Shown piece by piece: positions 8,972 to 16,720 of a stretch of DNA of 32,000 bases. Where the stretch lies: NCBI RefSeq assembly GCF_003231495.1, contig NZ_PQWO01000015.1:30001-62000 (forward strand). Reading direction: 5' to 3'. The DNA is from Acaryochloris thomasi RCC1774 (lineage in GTDB: Bacteria; Cyanobacteriota; Cyanobacteriia; Thermosynechococcales; Thermosynechococcaceae). The notes under the pieces were generated by a model. That model worked only from the letters and a program-made list of their open reading frames with translations. It was not told the DNA's origin and made no database searches. The position numbers were made by a program, and so were the translations under genes. Numbering within the stretch: the stretch's first letter is position 1; every line of letters starts with the position of its first letter.

Positions 8972-9667
8972 ATGAATCTGCACGGCTTATTTGATGCGAT
9001 CGCAACCGCTCCAACCGAGCCAGTTCTACGATCAAGATTCATGGATCACATTGATGATCATTTCCAGGCTGACCGGTGGGGTATTTATCTCTTCAACGAC
9101 CAGAAAATGTTTGCCAGCTCAGACGTTCACGGCGTGTCAGAAGCCTTCGTTGACCGCTATGAGCAGGTAGGGCGAGCCGTCGATCCAGTTCTCCAGTACG
9201 TCCAGAAATATCACGCACCTGCCCACGAGCAGCTCGTCCTACCACCAGGAGGCTGGAAGCAGAGCCAGCTCTACCGTCTTTGCTGTTCTGAGTACGATCA
9301 TGAACACATTATGACGGGACCGGTTCTGGGTCAGGGGCAACTCACAGGCACTCTTCACTTCGCCCGTGGACAGGGAAAACCTGCTTTCAATGGCGTTGAT
9401 ATTGCCAAGCTCAGCGCTGTTTGTACGCATATTTCATTAAAGCTTGCTAGCCTGCGTTCACCCCCTCTCCTCGCTCGCCATGGCCTCACAACTCGGGAAC
9501 AGCAGATTGCAGATCTTGTGGCCAAAGGGCTAACCAATGCACAAATTGGCGCTGAACTATGGATTACCCAAAATACAGTCAAGCAGTCCCTCAAGCGCAT
9601 GTTCCGTAAGCTTGAGGTTTCAGCTCGGGCTGAGCTGGTCGCCAAGCTGAGTCAGCCGAAACAATGA
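8972..9667 (+). CDS. LuxR/GerE-family transcriptional regulator with GAF-like N-terminal sensor domain
   Basis: The C-terminal HTH is LTTREQQIADLVAKGLTNAQIGAELWITQNTVKQSLKRMFRKLEV. The N-terminal domain of about 170 aa is not an autoinducer-binding type. The gene is divergent from the DJ-1/ACAD operon across a 101-nt intergenic region. Confidence 0.85.
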   Translation: MNLHGLFDAIATAPTEPVLRSRFMDHIDDHFQADRWGIYLFNDQKMFASSDVHGVSEAFVDRYEQVGRAVDPVLQYVQKYHAPAHEQLVLPPGGWKQSQLYRLCCSEYDHEHIMTGPVLGQGQLTGTLHFARGQGKPAFNGVDIAKLSAVCTHISLKLASLRSPPLLARHGLTTREQQIADLVAKGLTNAQIGAELWITQNTVKQSLKRMFRKLEVSARAELVAKLSQPKQ

Positions 9668-9718
9668 GCCGAAGACACCCTGTATGATGGGGCATAGTTT
9701 TAGCCCGCCTGTTGAGAC

Positions 9719-10063
9719 ATGGCTCACGCTGACCTAGATGCATCAAACTATGGCCTTGTGCTGGTCACGGCTCCGTCGAGAGAAGTGGCAGATGCGATCG
9801 CAACTCCATTAGTCCAAGAGAAGCTAGCCGCCTGCATCAGTCTAATGCCCGTCACCTCCATTTACACCTGGGATAACCAACTCCAAAAAGATGAAGAGTG
9901 GCAGCTCTTGATCAAAACCGAGCTGAGTCATTTTCCAGACCTAGAGACGCGGATCTTGGCCCTCCACCCCTACGACATCCCTGAAATTATTGCCGTTCCC
10001 CTCAGTGCCGGAACCCAGCCCTATCTCTCATGGATTACAGCCCAGGTGAAGCCCGTTTCATGA
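9719..10063 (+). CDS. cutA: Divalent-cation tolerance protein CutA
   Basis: LVLVTAPSREVADAIATPLVQEKLAACISLMPVTSIYTWDNQLQKDEEWQLLIKT...LHPYDIPEIIAVP is the canonical CutA1 pattern. The length is about 114 aa. Confidence 0.9.
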   Translation: MAHADLDASNYGLVLVTAPSREVADAIATPLVQEKLAACISLMPVTSIYTWDNQLQKDEEWQLLIKTELSHFPDLETRILALHPYDIPEIIAVPLSAGTQPYLSWITAQVKPVS

Positions 10064-10084
10064 CCGTATTGAGCATCATTGCCC

Positions 10085-10417
10085 ATGCAAAACACTCGCC
10101 TTAACACCCTGATCGACAGTCTTGGCCGCCAGATTGCCCAAGAACTCCGCAACCCTTGGCGACGGATTGCTCTGTTGCTGATTACCCTACTGTTTGGCGT
10201 CTATCTGGGGCTCTCCCTAGCTGCCGTTGCTGGCCAACTCGCCTACTGGGATATCACCGTAGCGGCTCTGCTGCTGTTTGTCTCAGAGTTTGTAAGCTGG
10301 CTATTCTACGGCAATGCCTTCAAAGCACGTAAGTCCCTGTGGGGAGAAGCGCTCAATGCCCTCAAGATTGGGGTCATGTACGGCCTATTCGTGATTGCCT
10401 TTATTCTGGGTAGCTAG
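10085..10417 (+). CDS. Ycf20-like membrane protein (DUF565)
   Basis: An N-terminal NTRL motif is followed by hydrophobic helices with a central WD, and the size is about 110 aa, as in plastid/cyanobacterial Ycf20. The ATG at 10085 is preferred to the TTG at 10079. Confidence 0.7.
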   Translation: MQNTRLNTLIDSLGRQIAQELRNPWRRIALLLITLLFGVYLGLSLAAVAGQLAYWDITVAALLLFVSEFVSWLFYGNAFKARKSLWGEALNALKIGVMYGLFVIAFILGS

Positions 10418-11832
10418 TCCTGTTCTTCAGGCTTTTGAGGAGGCTGCAGGGTCGTGGCGTCATCATCTTGAAGCTGGGTGTCAGCCTCTGACAAAGGGGC
10501 AATATCTTGAGAATCCTCATCTTGAATCTGGGTAGTCGCAGCCTGAACCTGGGTGTTAAACTCCGCAAACTCAGGAACAATATACTCCTGTCGCCGCGCT
10601 TCTTGAGGTGAAATGTCCAGCTCTGCTACGGGGCTGTCGTCTGTCTCTAGGTCAAGACCCGCCACTTTGAAATCGAGGGCATCGGCGTCAGCCTCCGGCT
10701 CTGTAGGGGGCGACATCTCCGTTTTAACGCGGTTGACGTAGTCAGGAGCTGGTTTCGGAACGCTCTGCTGTTTTTGGCGGGCCGCAGTGGCTCTCATCAC
10801 AGCCAAGGCCAGTAGACCTAAGCCCAAAAGAGACAGCACCAGCGGTAGCCAGTCAATCTGGCCGAGTCCAGCATCCTCTGGCTTAACCGGTGCCTGAGCC
10901 GTATTGATGGGCTCATTAGTCGAGTCCGATGGTGGCGGGCTATTCTCCGGTTGCTGTGGGGCTGACTGAGTGGGTGCAGACGCGGTAACAAAGGCTTTGG
11001 GAGTTGCGATCGCATCTACAACCGCTTGCTGCCCCGTCTTCTCTGACACAAAATCCAAAAATGTCTGAACGGCGGGACTCGGCTCTTGCTTGTAGACATA
11101 GGTGAACGGCTGCGAAAAAGGATACTTCTCATCTGCCGGCCACTTACCATACATTGACAGGGCTTGAATACTACTGTCACGGCCCACCAGTTCACTAACA
11201 AGGGCGAAACTGAGGCCATCTTTACCCAAAGCCGCCGCCAACCCATCAATCGTCACCGGCGGCTGATTTCCCTCCTGACCCGCCAGCGTCGTCCGCAGAT
11301 CAGGATACCGCTGCAGTGCCTGCGCCGCATTACCCGTCGGCGGACGTTGAACCACGCGAATCGGTCCAGGCTTTCCCCCCACCTGCTTCCAGTCAGTCAC
11401 CTCACCCGTCGTAATCTGATTAACCTGCTCAATAGTCAAACTGCCTTGAAAAGGATTCTCAGTGCCGATCACAATCGCGATTTTCTCCCGAGCCACCGGT
11501 AGCTGTACCAGCCCCTGACGTCGCTCATCCTGCGTCAGCGGTCGGCTAATAGAAGCTAAATCAAGCGTCCCAGCCAGTACCGCACCAACATCAGCCGCAG
11601 CATCTCCAGTTGCGATCGCAAGCTTGGCATTAGGGTATTGGTTTTCAAAGGATTGCTTGATCGCCTGGTTGATCGGAGCCATTTGGCTAGAATCGCCAAT
11701 TTTGAGCTGAGTTCCCGCCGGAAGTGCCGTTGATGCCGACTGAGCCAGCACCTGAGCCAAAACAGGGCTAGAAACAGTTGTCGAAGCAATCAAAACTGCC
11801 CATGCAAACTTTAGTGGAGACTTGTACAACAT
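10414..11832 (-). CDS. PstS-family (PBP-like) substrate-binding protein with C-terminal transmembrane anchor and acidic tail
   Basis: There is a signal peptide (FAWAVLIASTTVSSPVLAQ). The PBP core includes LKIGDSS...LDLASISRPLTQDERRQGLVQLPVAREKIAIVIG..NP...LTIEQVNQITTGEVTDWKQVGG. It is followed by a Pro/Ser linker, a TM helix (WLPLVLSLLGLGLLALAVM, nt 10795-10851) and a D/E/Q-rich tail of about 125 aa. Confidence 0.8.
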   Translation of the reverse strand: MLYKSPLKFAWAVLIASTTVSSPVLAQVLAQSASTALPAGTQLKIGDSSQMAPINQAIKQSFENQYPNAKLAIATGDAAADVGAVLAGTLDLASISRPLTQDERRQGLVQLPVAREKIAIVIGTENPFQGSLTIEQVNQITTGEVTDWKQVGGKPGPIRVVQRPPTGNAAQALQRYPDLRTTLAGQEGNQPPVTIDGLAAALGKDGLSFALVSELVGRDSSIQALSMYGKWPADEKYPFSQPFTYVYKQEPSPAVQTFLDFVSEKTGQQAVVDAIATPKAFVTASAPTQSAPQQPENSPPPSDSTNEPINTAQAPVKPEDAGLGQIDWLPLVLSLLGLGLLALAVMRATAARQKQQSVPKPAPDYVNRVKTEMSPPTEPEADADALDFKVAGLDLETDDSPVAELDISPQEARRQEYIVPEFAEFNTQVQAATTQIQDEDSQDIAPLSEADTQLQDDDATTLQPPQKPEEQD

Positions 11833-12008
11833 CGTTTTGACCTCATGAACCACTCGCCGCTAGACCGAAGCCTCCCCAACAAAAGTGCCGAAGGAAATCG
11901 AGTCCATTGTCTCAGTCGATGCCAGAGCCGTCTAGTTGAGTGGGCATTTTGCCCCCCCTCAGAACATTTTAGGAGCAAAAATCAACGACCACCAAGCTAA
12001 GATAAGGA

Positions 12009-12410
12009 GCGAAAGAGTAGGCGCAGGTGGTTGCAAATTTGCCGACGGTAGATTTGAGGAAAGTCCGGGCTCCCGAAAGACCAGACTTGCTGGGTAACGC
12101 CCAGTGCGGGTGACCGTGAGGAGAGTGCCACAGAAACATACCGCCGATGGCGTGCAGGTCACGCACAGGTAAGGGTGCAAGGGTGCGGTAAGAGCGCACC
12201 AGCAACGTCGAGAGGCGTTGGCTCGGTAAACCCCGGTGGGGAGCAAGGCAGATGGAGCCAGGTTGGTCTTTTTCCAGTTCCAGCTTTAGAGGCCGCTTGA
12301 GGCATTTGGCAACAAATGACCCAGATAGATAACCGCCCCCTAGTGAACGGCCAATCTGGACCGAACACCGCTAGGAGAACAGAACCCGGCTTATGTCCTG
12401 CTCTTTCACC
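12009..12410 (+). ncRNA. rnpB: RNase P RNA, bacterial type A
   Basis: Universally conserved blocks are present: GAGGAAAGUCCGGGCUC (12056-12072), GGGUAACGCCCAGUG, ACAGAAACAUACCGCCGAUGG, GGUAAGGGUGCAAGGGUGCGGUAAGAGCGCACC, GGUAAACCCC and ACAGAACCCGGCUUAU (12379-12394). The P1 helix pairs gaaagagtagg (about 12011) with cctgctctttc (about 12397-12407). The ends are good to about 5 nt. Confidence 0.95.
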
Positions 12411-12434
12411 CCCGCAGGTTAGCAATGCTTCCTC

Positions 12435-13160
12435 ATGTCCTCCACATTCACTAATCCCAGCCGACAGCGACAGCTTCAGACCTTAATCTCTCGCCTTGGC
12501 TTGACTGATTCAACCGCTGTGCAGTGGGCACTGCTTGACCTCGCCCTCACCCATCCCACGGCCTCATCAACCGCTAACTACGAGCAGCTTGAGTTCGTTG
12601 GCGATGCAGTCATTCGACTATTGATGGCAAAAATCCTTTGGGCACACAATCGATCAAACCAGGTCGGTGACTGGTCTGCGGTCCGCTCTGCCTTAGTGAG
12701 CGATCGTGCCCTTGCAGATCTCGCCCGAACCTACGGACTCAAGAACTTTCTCACCATCGGGCCTAGCGCAATGGGCGACCCCAGAGGCGAAGCTTCCCGT
12801 TTAGCGGATGCCTTCGAAGCACTATTGGGCGCCCTTTATCTCAGCACCGAAGATCTCTCGTTAATCGAACCTTGGCTCGTGCCAAAACTGCAGCAGCAAG
12901 CCGCTGTTGTTCGAGCTGACCCGACTTATCAGAACTACAAAGCAGCCCTCCAACAGTGGACCCAAGCTCACTACGGTATTTTGCCAGAGTATCGTGTGCA
13001 GGACACCTATCAGCCCCAAAAAGCTGTTGATGAAGATCAGCGTTTTGCTGCAGAAGTTTGGGTTCAAGGCAACTGCTTAGCCAGCGGGACCGGTCGTAGC
13101 ATCAAGGCGGCGGAAAAAGCTGCCGCAGAAATAGCTTTTCTGCAGCTCTCAGCAACATGA
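12435..13160 (+). CDS. rnc: Ribonuclease III
   Basis: The RNase III signature is YEQLEFVGDAV, the second catalytic block is DAFEALLGALYL, and the C-terminal dsRBD includes YKAALQQWTQ...GTGRSIKAAEKAAAEIA. Confidence 0.9.
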   Translation: MSSTFTNPSRQRQLQTLISRLGLTDSTAVQWALLDLALTHPTASSTANYEQLEFVGDAVIRLLMAKILWAHNRSNQVGDWSAVRSALVSDRALADLARTYGLKNFLTIGPSAMGDPRGEASRLADAFEALLGALYLSTEDLSLIEPWLVPKLQQQAAVVRADPTYQNYKAALQQWTQAHYGILPEYRVQDTYQPQKAVDEDQRFAAEVWVQGNCLASGTGRSIKAAEKAAAEIAFLQLSAT

Positions 13161-13522
13161 ATATCGAGAAAGATCAATCCACGAACGACTGTGTGCCTCT
13201 CCCCGTGGCTTGCTCACCTAATTTAATTCTCTCAACAAACCTTACACCTCAAGGAAGGTAAGCCTGAAAGCGAAGCAACCCCCGCCCATCTTTTTCTGCA
13301 GTCCCAAATACTCAAGCCCTTTCAATAAAGAGGAATTCAGGGCCAAACTAAAGTCACACCTCAATCCCTATTCTGTTCGTTATGGTGGAACTCAATGACG
13401 AAATGACCTTGAAAACGATATGGTAAGTACAATCGCTTATTATCTTCTGAAAATCCAAAAAGAAACGGTGCTTGGAGATTCTCTGGGACACATTTTGTTC
13501 TCGTTCTTCCTATAACTTTTTG

Positions 13523-14869
13523 ATGACGGTATTTAAAGACTTAGGCTGGCGTTTACTTGCAACTTATTGGCTTGTCATGACAGCCATTCTCGGAACATCG
13601 GCCCTGGCTATTTATTTGCGATTTGTCCACGTCGTCAATGCGCAACTAGATGCCCGTCTCACAACATTAGCTGAGTCCGGCCGGCCGAGCCTAGTGGCCT
13701 TAAAATCTGAGGGGCAGGACGCCCTCCTTCGCCAAGAGATGCAGTGGCCCCGTCTGCTGCACCGCGATCAGCAAGGTTTGACCTGGTACAACGACCGCAA
13801 AATATCTCTACTAGATCAAGGAACAGTATTTGTTGACTTGCCCCCAGATACAGGCGCAAATCCCGGTCGCTCAATCATTCTCAGTCCCAATACCCGTTCT
13901 GTACTTTTAGCCGTCCCCTCTGCTACCAATGCTGGGCAGATTGAAGGCTATGTACTAGCAACAGAGTCAACCCACAGAGTTGAACGACTGATTAGACAAT
14001 TACGCTTAGGGCTCGGCATTGGTGGTCTCGTCGCCCTCAGCTTGAGTAGCTTGGGGGGGATGTTGCTCGCCCACCGCACCTTAGAGCCAACTCAGCGGAG
14101 CTATAAAAAACTCAAGCAGTTTACAGCTGATGCCTCCCACGAACTTCGTAGCCCGCTGACCGCCATCAAATTCTCACTCGACGTGCTCATGAAGCACCCA
14201 GAGAGAATTCACCCCAAAAACACTAGAAAGATATCTGCCATTTCTAGCGCCACAGATCAAATGATCACCCTAGTTGAAGATCTGCTGTTTCTGGCTCGGT
14301 CTGAGGTCGCAGCCGACACGCAAGACACATCAAAAGAAACTCAAACCTCTATTTACAAGATTCTGCAGGGTCTGTTGACGCTTCTAGAACCTCAGGCTCA
14401 AAGCAAAACAATCACTTTTGAATCGGTTTTGATTCCAGACGTGACCATCCTCGGGGATGAGGCTAAGCTGACTCGCTTATTTTCAAACTTACTAGATAAT
14501 GCCCTGCAGTATACTCCCGCAGGTGGATCTGTTAAGGTAAGAATGGAAAAATCAGTCAAATCTGTGTTTATCACTTTTGAAGATACAGGTATCGGCATTG
14601 CCCCTAGCCAGATTCGGTCTGTCTTTCGGCGACTGTGGCGGACTGACAGAGCAAGAAACCGTCGAGATGGCGGTGTGGGGTTGGGGTTATCGATTGCTCA
14701 AGCGATTGCGCAGCAGCATAATGGGAAAATTACCGTGAGCAGCCGCATTGGAGTGGGGAGTTGTTTCCGAGTGCGGCTCCCGCTTGCTAAGGCAAGTGTG
14801 GAACAATTTGAGATGACGGCCATTCCCTTAGATAGAAGAAGGACAGCAGATCAGCCCCTTAGGGGATAA
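13523..14869 (+). CDS. Two-component sensor histidine kinase (two TM helices, periplasmic loop, HisKA + HATPase_c)
   Basis: The H-box is FTADASHELRSPLTAI, the N-box is LFSNLLDNALQYTP, and the G-boxes are FEDTGIGI and GGVGLGLSIA. The ATG at 13523 is preferred to the TTG at 13472. No response regulator gene is adjacent. Confidence 0.9.
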   Translation: MTVFKDLGWRLLATYWLVMTAILGTSALAIYLRFVHVVNAQLDARLTTLAESGRPSLVALKSEGQDALLRQEMQWPRLLHRDQQGLTWYNDRKISLLDQGTVFVDLPPDTGANPGRSIILSPNTRSVLLAVPSATNAGQIEGYVLATESTHRVERLIRQLRLGLGIGGLVALSLSSLGGMLLAHRTLEPTQRSYKKLKQFTADASHELRSPLTAIKFSLDVLMKHPERIHPKNTRKISAISSATDQMITLVEDLLFLARSEVAADTQDTSKETQTSIYKILQGLLTLLEPQAQSKTITFESVLIPDVTILGDEAKLTRLFSNLLDNALQYTPAGGSVKVRMEKSVKSVFITFEDTGIGIAPSQIRSVFRRLWRTDRARNRRDGGVGLGLSIAQAIAQQHNGKITVSSRIGVGSCFRVRLPLAKASVEQFEMTAIPLDRRRTADQPLRG

Positions 14870-14878
14870 ACTGAGGTA

Positions 14879-16705
14879 ATGATGACCTTGCATTTGAATC
14901 AACTCGTCTATACGAGTTTTCAGAGTTCTGGACTGCAGTTGTTGGCGGGCGATCGCGTATCGCCAGACGTCCAGAATACTTTCATGGAAAGGATTGTAGA
15001 ACAGTACTGGGATCCATCTAATCCCTATGAGGCTCGATATCAGGCGGCCTATGTTCATCAAGTCACGCCCCAGGATAGTTTCTTTGGCTGGGTATTTAAC
15101 GAGAATGTTGACCAGGGCTATGTGCCTCTATTTCTTTGCTACCACCTGGAAGAGCCTCTAACAGCAGATGTCTTAAAGTCTATCTTTGGGTGCCTTCAGC
15201 AAGGGCCTGTCAAGCTAGTAAAACCCCAAGGTACACCTCCCCAGCTCGCCTCTCTAAGTTTGCAGACTTTGAGCGGTTATTCTGCAGCTCGTCCGGGCGT
15301 TTCTATCCCTCAAGACATCCAGGAGGAGAGCTTTGCGGCTCTTAAACAGGATGAACCGTTGAGCCTGTTTGTTCCGTCTCTGGGTGCAGACTACGCTGTT
15401 CCCCTAGAGAAAGATGAATGCGCCAGTGACCTTCAGTCTCTGCAAGACTATCGTCAGAGACTCCTCAAGGGTGGCATTGTTGCGGGTAGCCTCGCAGCAG
15501 CTTTTTTAGGGCTGTTTTTCCTCAAGATGCGACCATCTACTCCAGTATTTACTGCGGCGCAGTCCCAGAACTCTCCCAGCAAGAACTCTAACTCTGTCTC
15601 CAACGGTCCTCTCACTGGCTTTGCTCCACCGAAGGTACTGCCCAAAACTCAGCCTTCCTTGAAACGCCAGCCTCAGAAGCCGGGTCAGGCACCTTCTGGA
15701 CAGGCCGATCAAGAGCGCCAGCAGGCACTAGCTCTACAGGCGGCGTCCCGGCGTCAGTCACTTCGCGAACGTCAACAAGCTGCCGCTCTGCAAGCAGCCT
15801 CTCGCCGTCAGGCCGCTGCCCAGCGCTTGCCATCTCGTTCGAGCGGCACCGTCGCAGTATCATCGCCTGGGGCTGAGCCGGAAGAGTCACTCCTTGATGC
15901 ATTGCGGCCTAAGTCTTCGACAGCCCGCTATGCAACGGTCGCGGGAGTTAACTTAAGGAAACTCGGGTTAAAGAGTACTGGGGCAGATACGGTTGAACAA
16001 GCAGCTCCGGCGGCAGCACCTGAGGGATCAGCTCCTACATCTGTTGTTGAGTCAGCGCCTTCCACTCAGTCTCCTCTTGCGGCGAGTCCTGCCCCTATCG
16101 TGACCGCTGTGCCACCTCAGCCTGCAGTGGGTGCAGTCAATGATACAGCCAGTCGACTTGCTGATATCGCAGCCAACCAAGAGCTTGCCAATGTGCTGTC
16201 GCGCGGATTAGTGGTCGCCAATCGAGTGGGTGACGTTCCCTATCGCTCTTCCACCTACCTCAAGGTTCAGAACGTTATTCGACGGCTGCGCCTAGGAGAA
16301 AATTGGAGTGCGGCCGCGCAAGGATCGGGGATTTCTGATACGACAATCGTCGCTCTGACTCAACTGGCCTACGATGCTGACCTAGATGCGGCCTCTGTCA
16401 CTATTAAGCAGGGTGTGACGACCCACGATATTGCGAATGCTATTTCTCGGGGGCTAGTGATCGCAGATCGCTCGGGAGCCGTTCGTTATCGTTCACACAC
16501 CTATCTGAAGGTTCAGGACGTAATTCATCGTCTACGGCTGGGACAAAACCGACATTTTGCAGCGTCTCGATCAGGTGTTCAGCAAGATTTAATTGAGCAG
16601 CTTTTGACTTGGGGAGGTCTGCCTCCGGCAGCGGTGGTGAGTTTCAACAGCCGCCAGCAGCAAGAACAGGTCTCAGGGGTTTCAGGGACTGTCTACTACG
16701 GCTAA
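14879..16705 (+). CDS. Hypothetical 608-aa protein: unassigned N-terminal domain, one TM helix, P/S/A/Q-rich linker, duplicated C-terminal module
   Basis: This long ORF starts 9 nt after the kinase stop with GAGG in between; an alternative ATG is at 14882. Coding is supported by protein-level conservation of the two internal repeats despite synonymous divergence. I recognise no family. Confidence 0.8.
   Translation: MMTLHLNQLVYTSFQSSGLQLLAGDRVSPDVQNTFMERIVEQYWDPSNPYEARYQAAYVHQVTPQDSFFGWVFNENVDQGYVPLFLCYHLEEPLTADVLKSIFGCLQQGPVKLVKPQGTPPQLASLSLQTLSGYSAARPGVSIPQDIQEESFAALKQDEPLSLFVPSLGADYAVPLEKDECASDLQSLQDYRQRLLKGGIVAGSLAAAFLGLFFLKMRPSTPVFTAAQSQNSPSKNSNSVSNGPLTGFAPPKVLPKTQPSLKRQPQKPGQAPSGQADQERQQALALQAASRRQSLRERQQAAALQAASRRQAAAQRLPSRSSGTVAVSSPGAEPEESLLDALRPKSSTARYATVAGVNLRKLGLKSTGADTVEQAAPAAAPEGSAPTSVVESAPSTQSPLAASPAPIVTAVPPQPAVGAVNDTASRLADIAANQELANVLSRGLVVANRVGDVPYRSSTYLKVQNVIRRLRLGENWSAAAQGSGISDTTIVALTQLAYDADLDAASVTIKQGVTTHDIANAISRGLVIADRSGAVRYRSHTYLKVQDVIHRLRLGQNRHFAASRSGVQQDLIEQLLTWGGLPPAAVVSFNSRQQQEQVSGVSGTVYYG
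16172..16615 (+). repeat. Two copies of an about 65-aa protein module (16172-16366 and 16418-16615) within the 608-aa ORF
   Basis: NQELANVLSRGLVVANRVGDVPYRSSTYLKVQNVIRRLRLGENWSAAAQGSGISDTTIVAL aligns with THDIANAISRGLVIADRSGAVRYRSHTYLKVQDVIHRLRLGQNRHFAASRSGVQQDLIEQL. Confidence 0.85.
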
Positions 16706-16720
16706 GTTAAGTGACTAGGT

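Noticed and set aside
8871-9035. N-terminal 55-codon extension of the DJ-1 ORF
   Set aside because: The homologous region begins at MQQTQIGF (ATG 8870), and the extension would overlap the divergent LuxR gene. Similar over-extended ORF starts were trimmed for yaaA (30074-30340), the pentapeptide protein (18454-18630) and the PhnD-like gene.
11959-12425. Three minus-strand ORFs (95, 78 and 88 aa) in the track
   Set aside because: They lie antisense to a textbook RNase P RNA gene, have no RBS or family resemblance, and are explained by the GC-rich structured RNA.
13161-13471. Searched the 310-nt gap upstream of the kinase for a response regulator remnant, tRNA or 6S-like/structured RNA
   Set aside because: There is no ORF, no tRNA-like T-arm (GGTTCGAA-type) motif and no extended self-complementarity. 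The gap is treated as a promoter or leader region.
15454-15902. Several minus-strand ORFs (63-96 aa) inside the 608-aa gene
   Set aside because: They are antisense frames of a Pro/Ala/Ser/Gln-rich low-complexity linker. They have no independent support.
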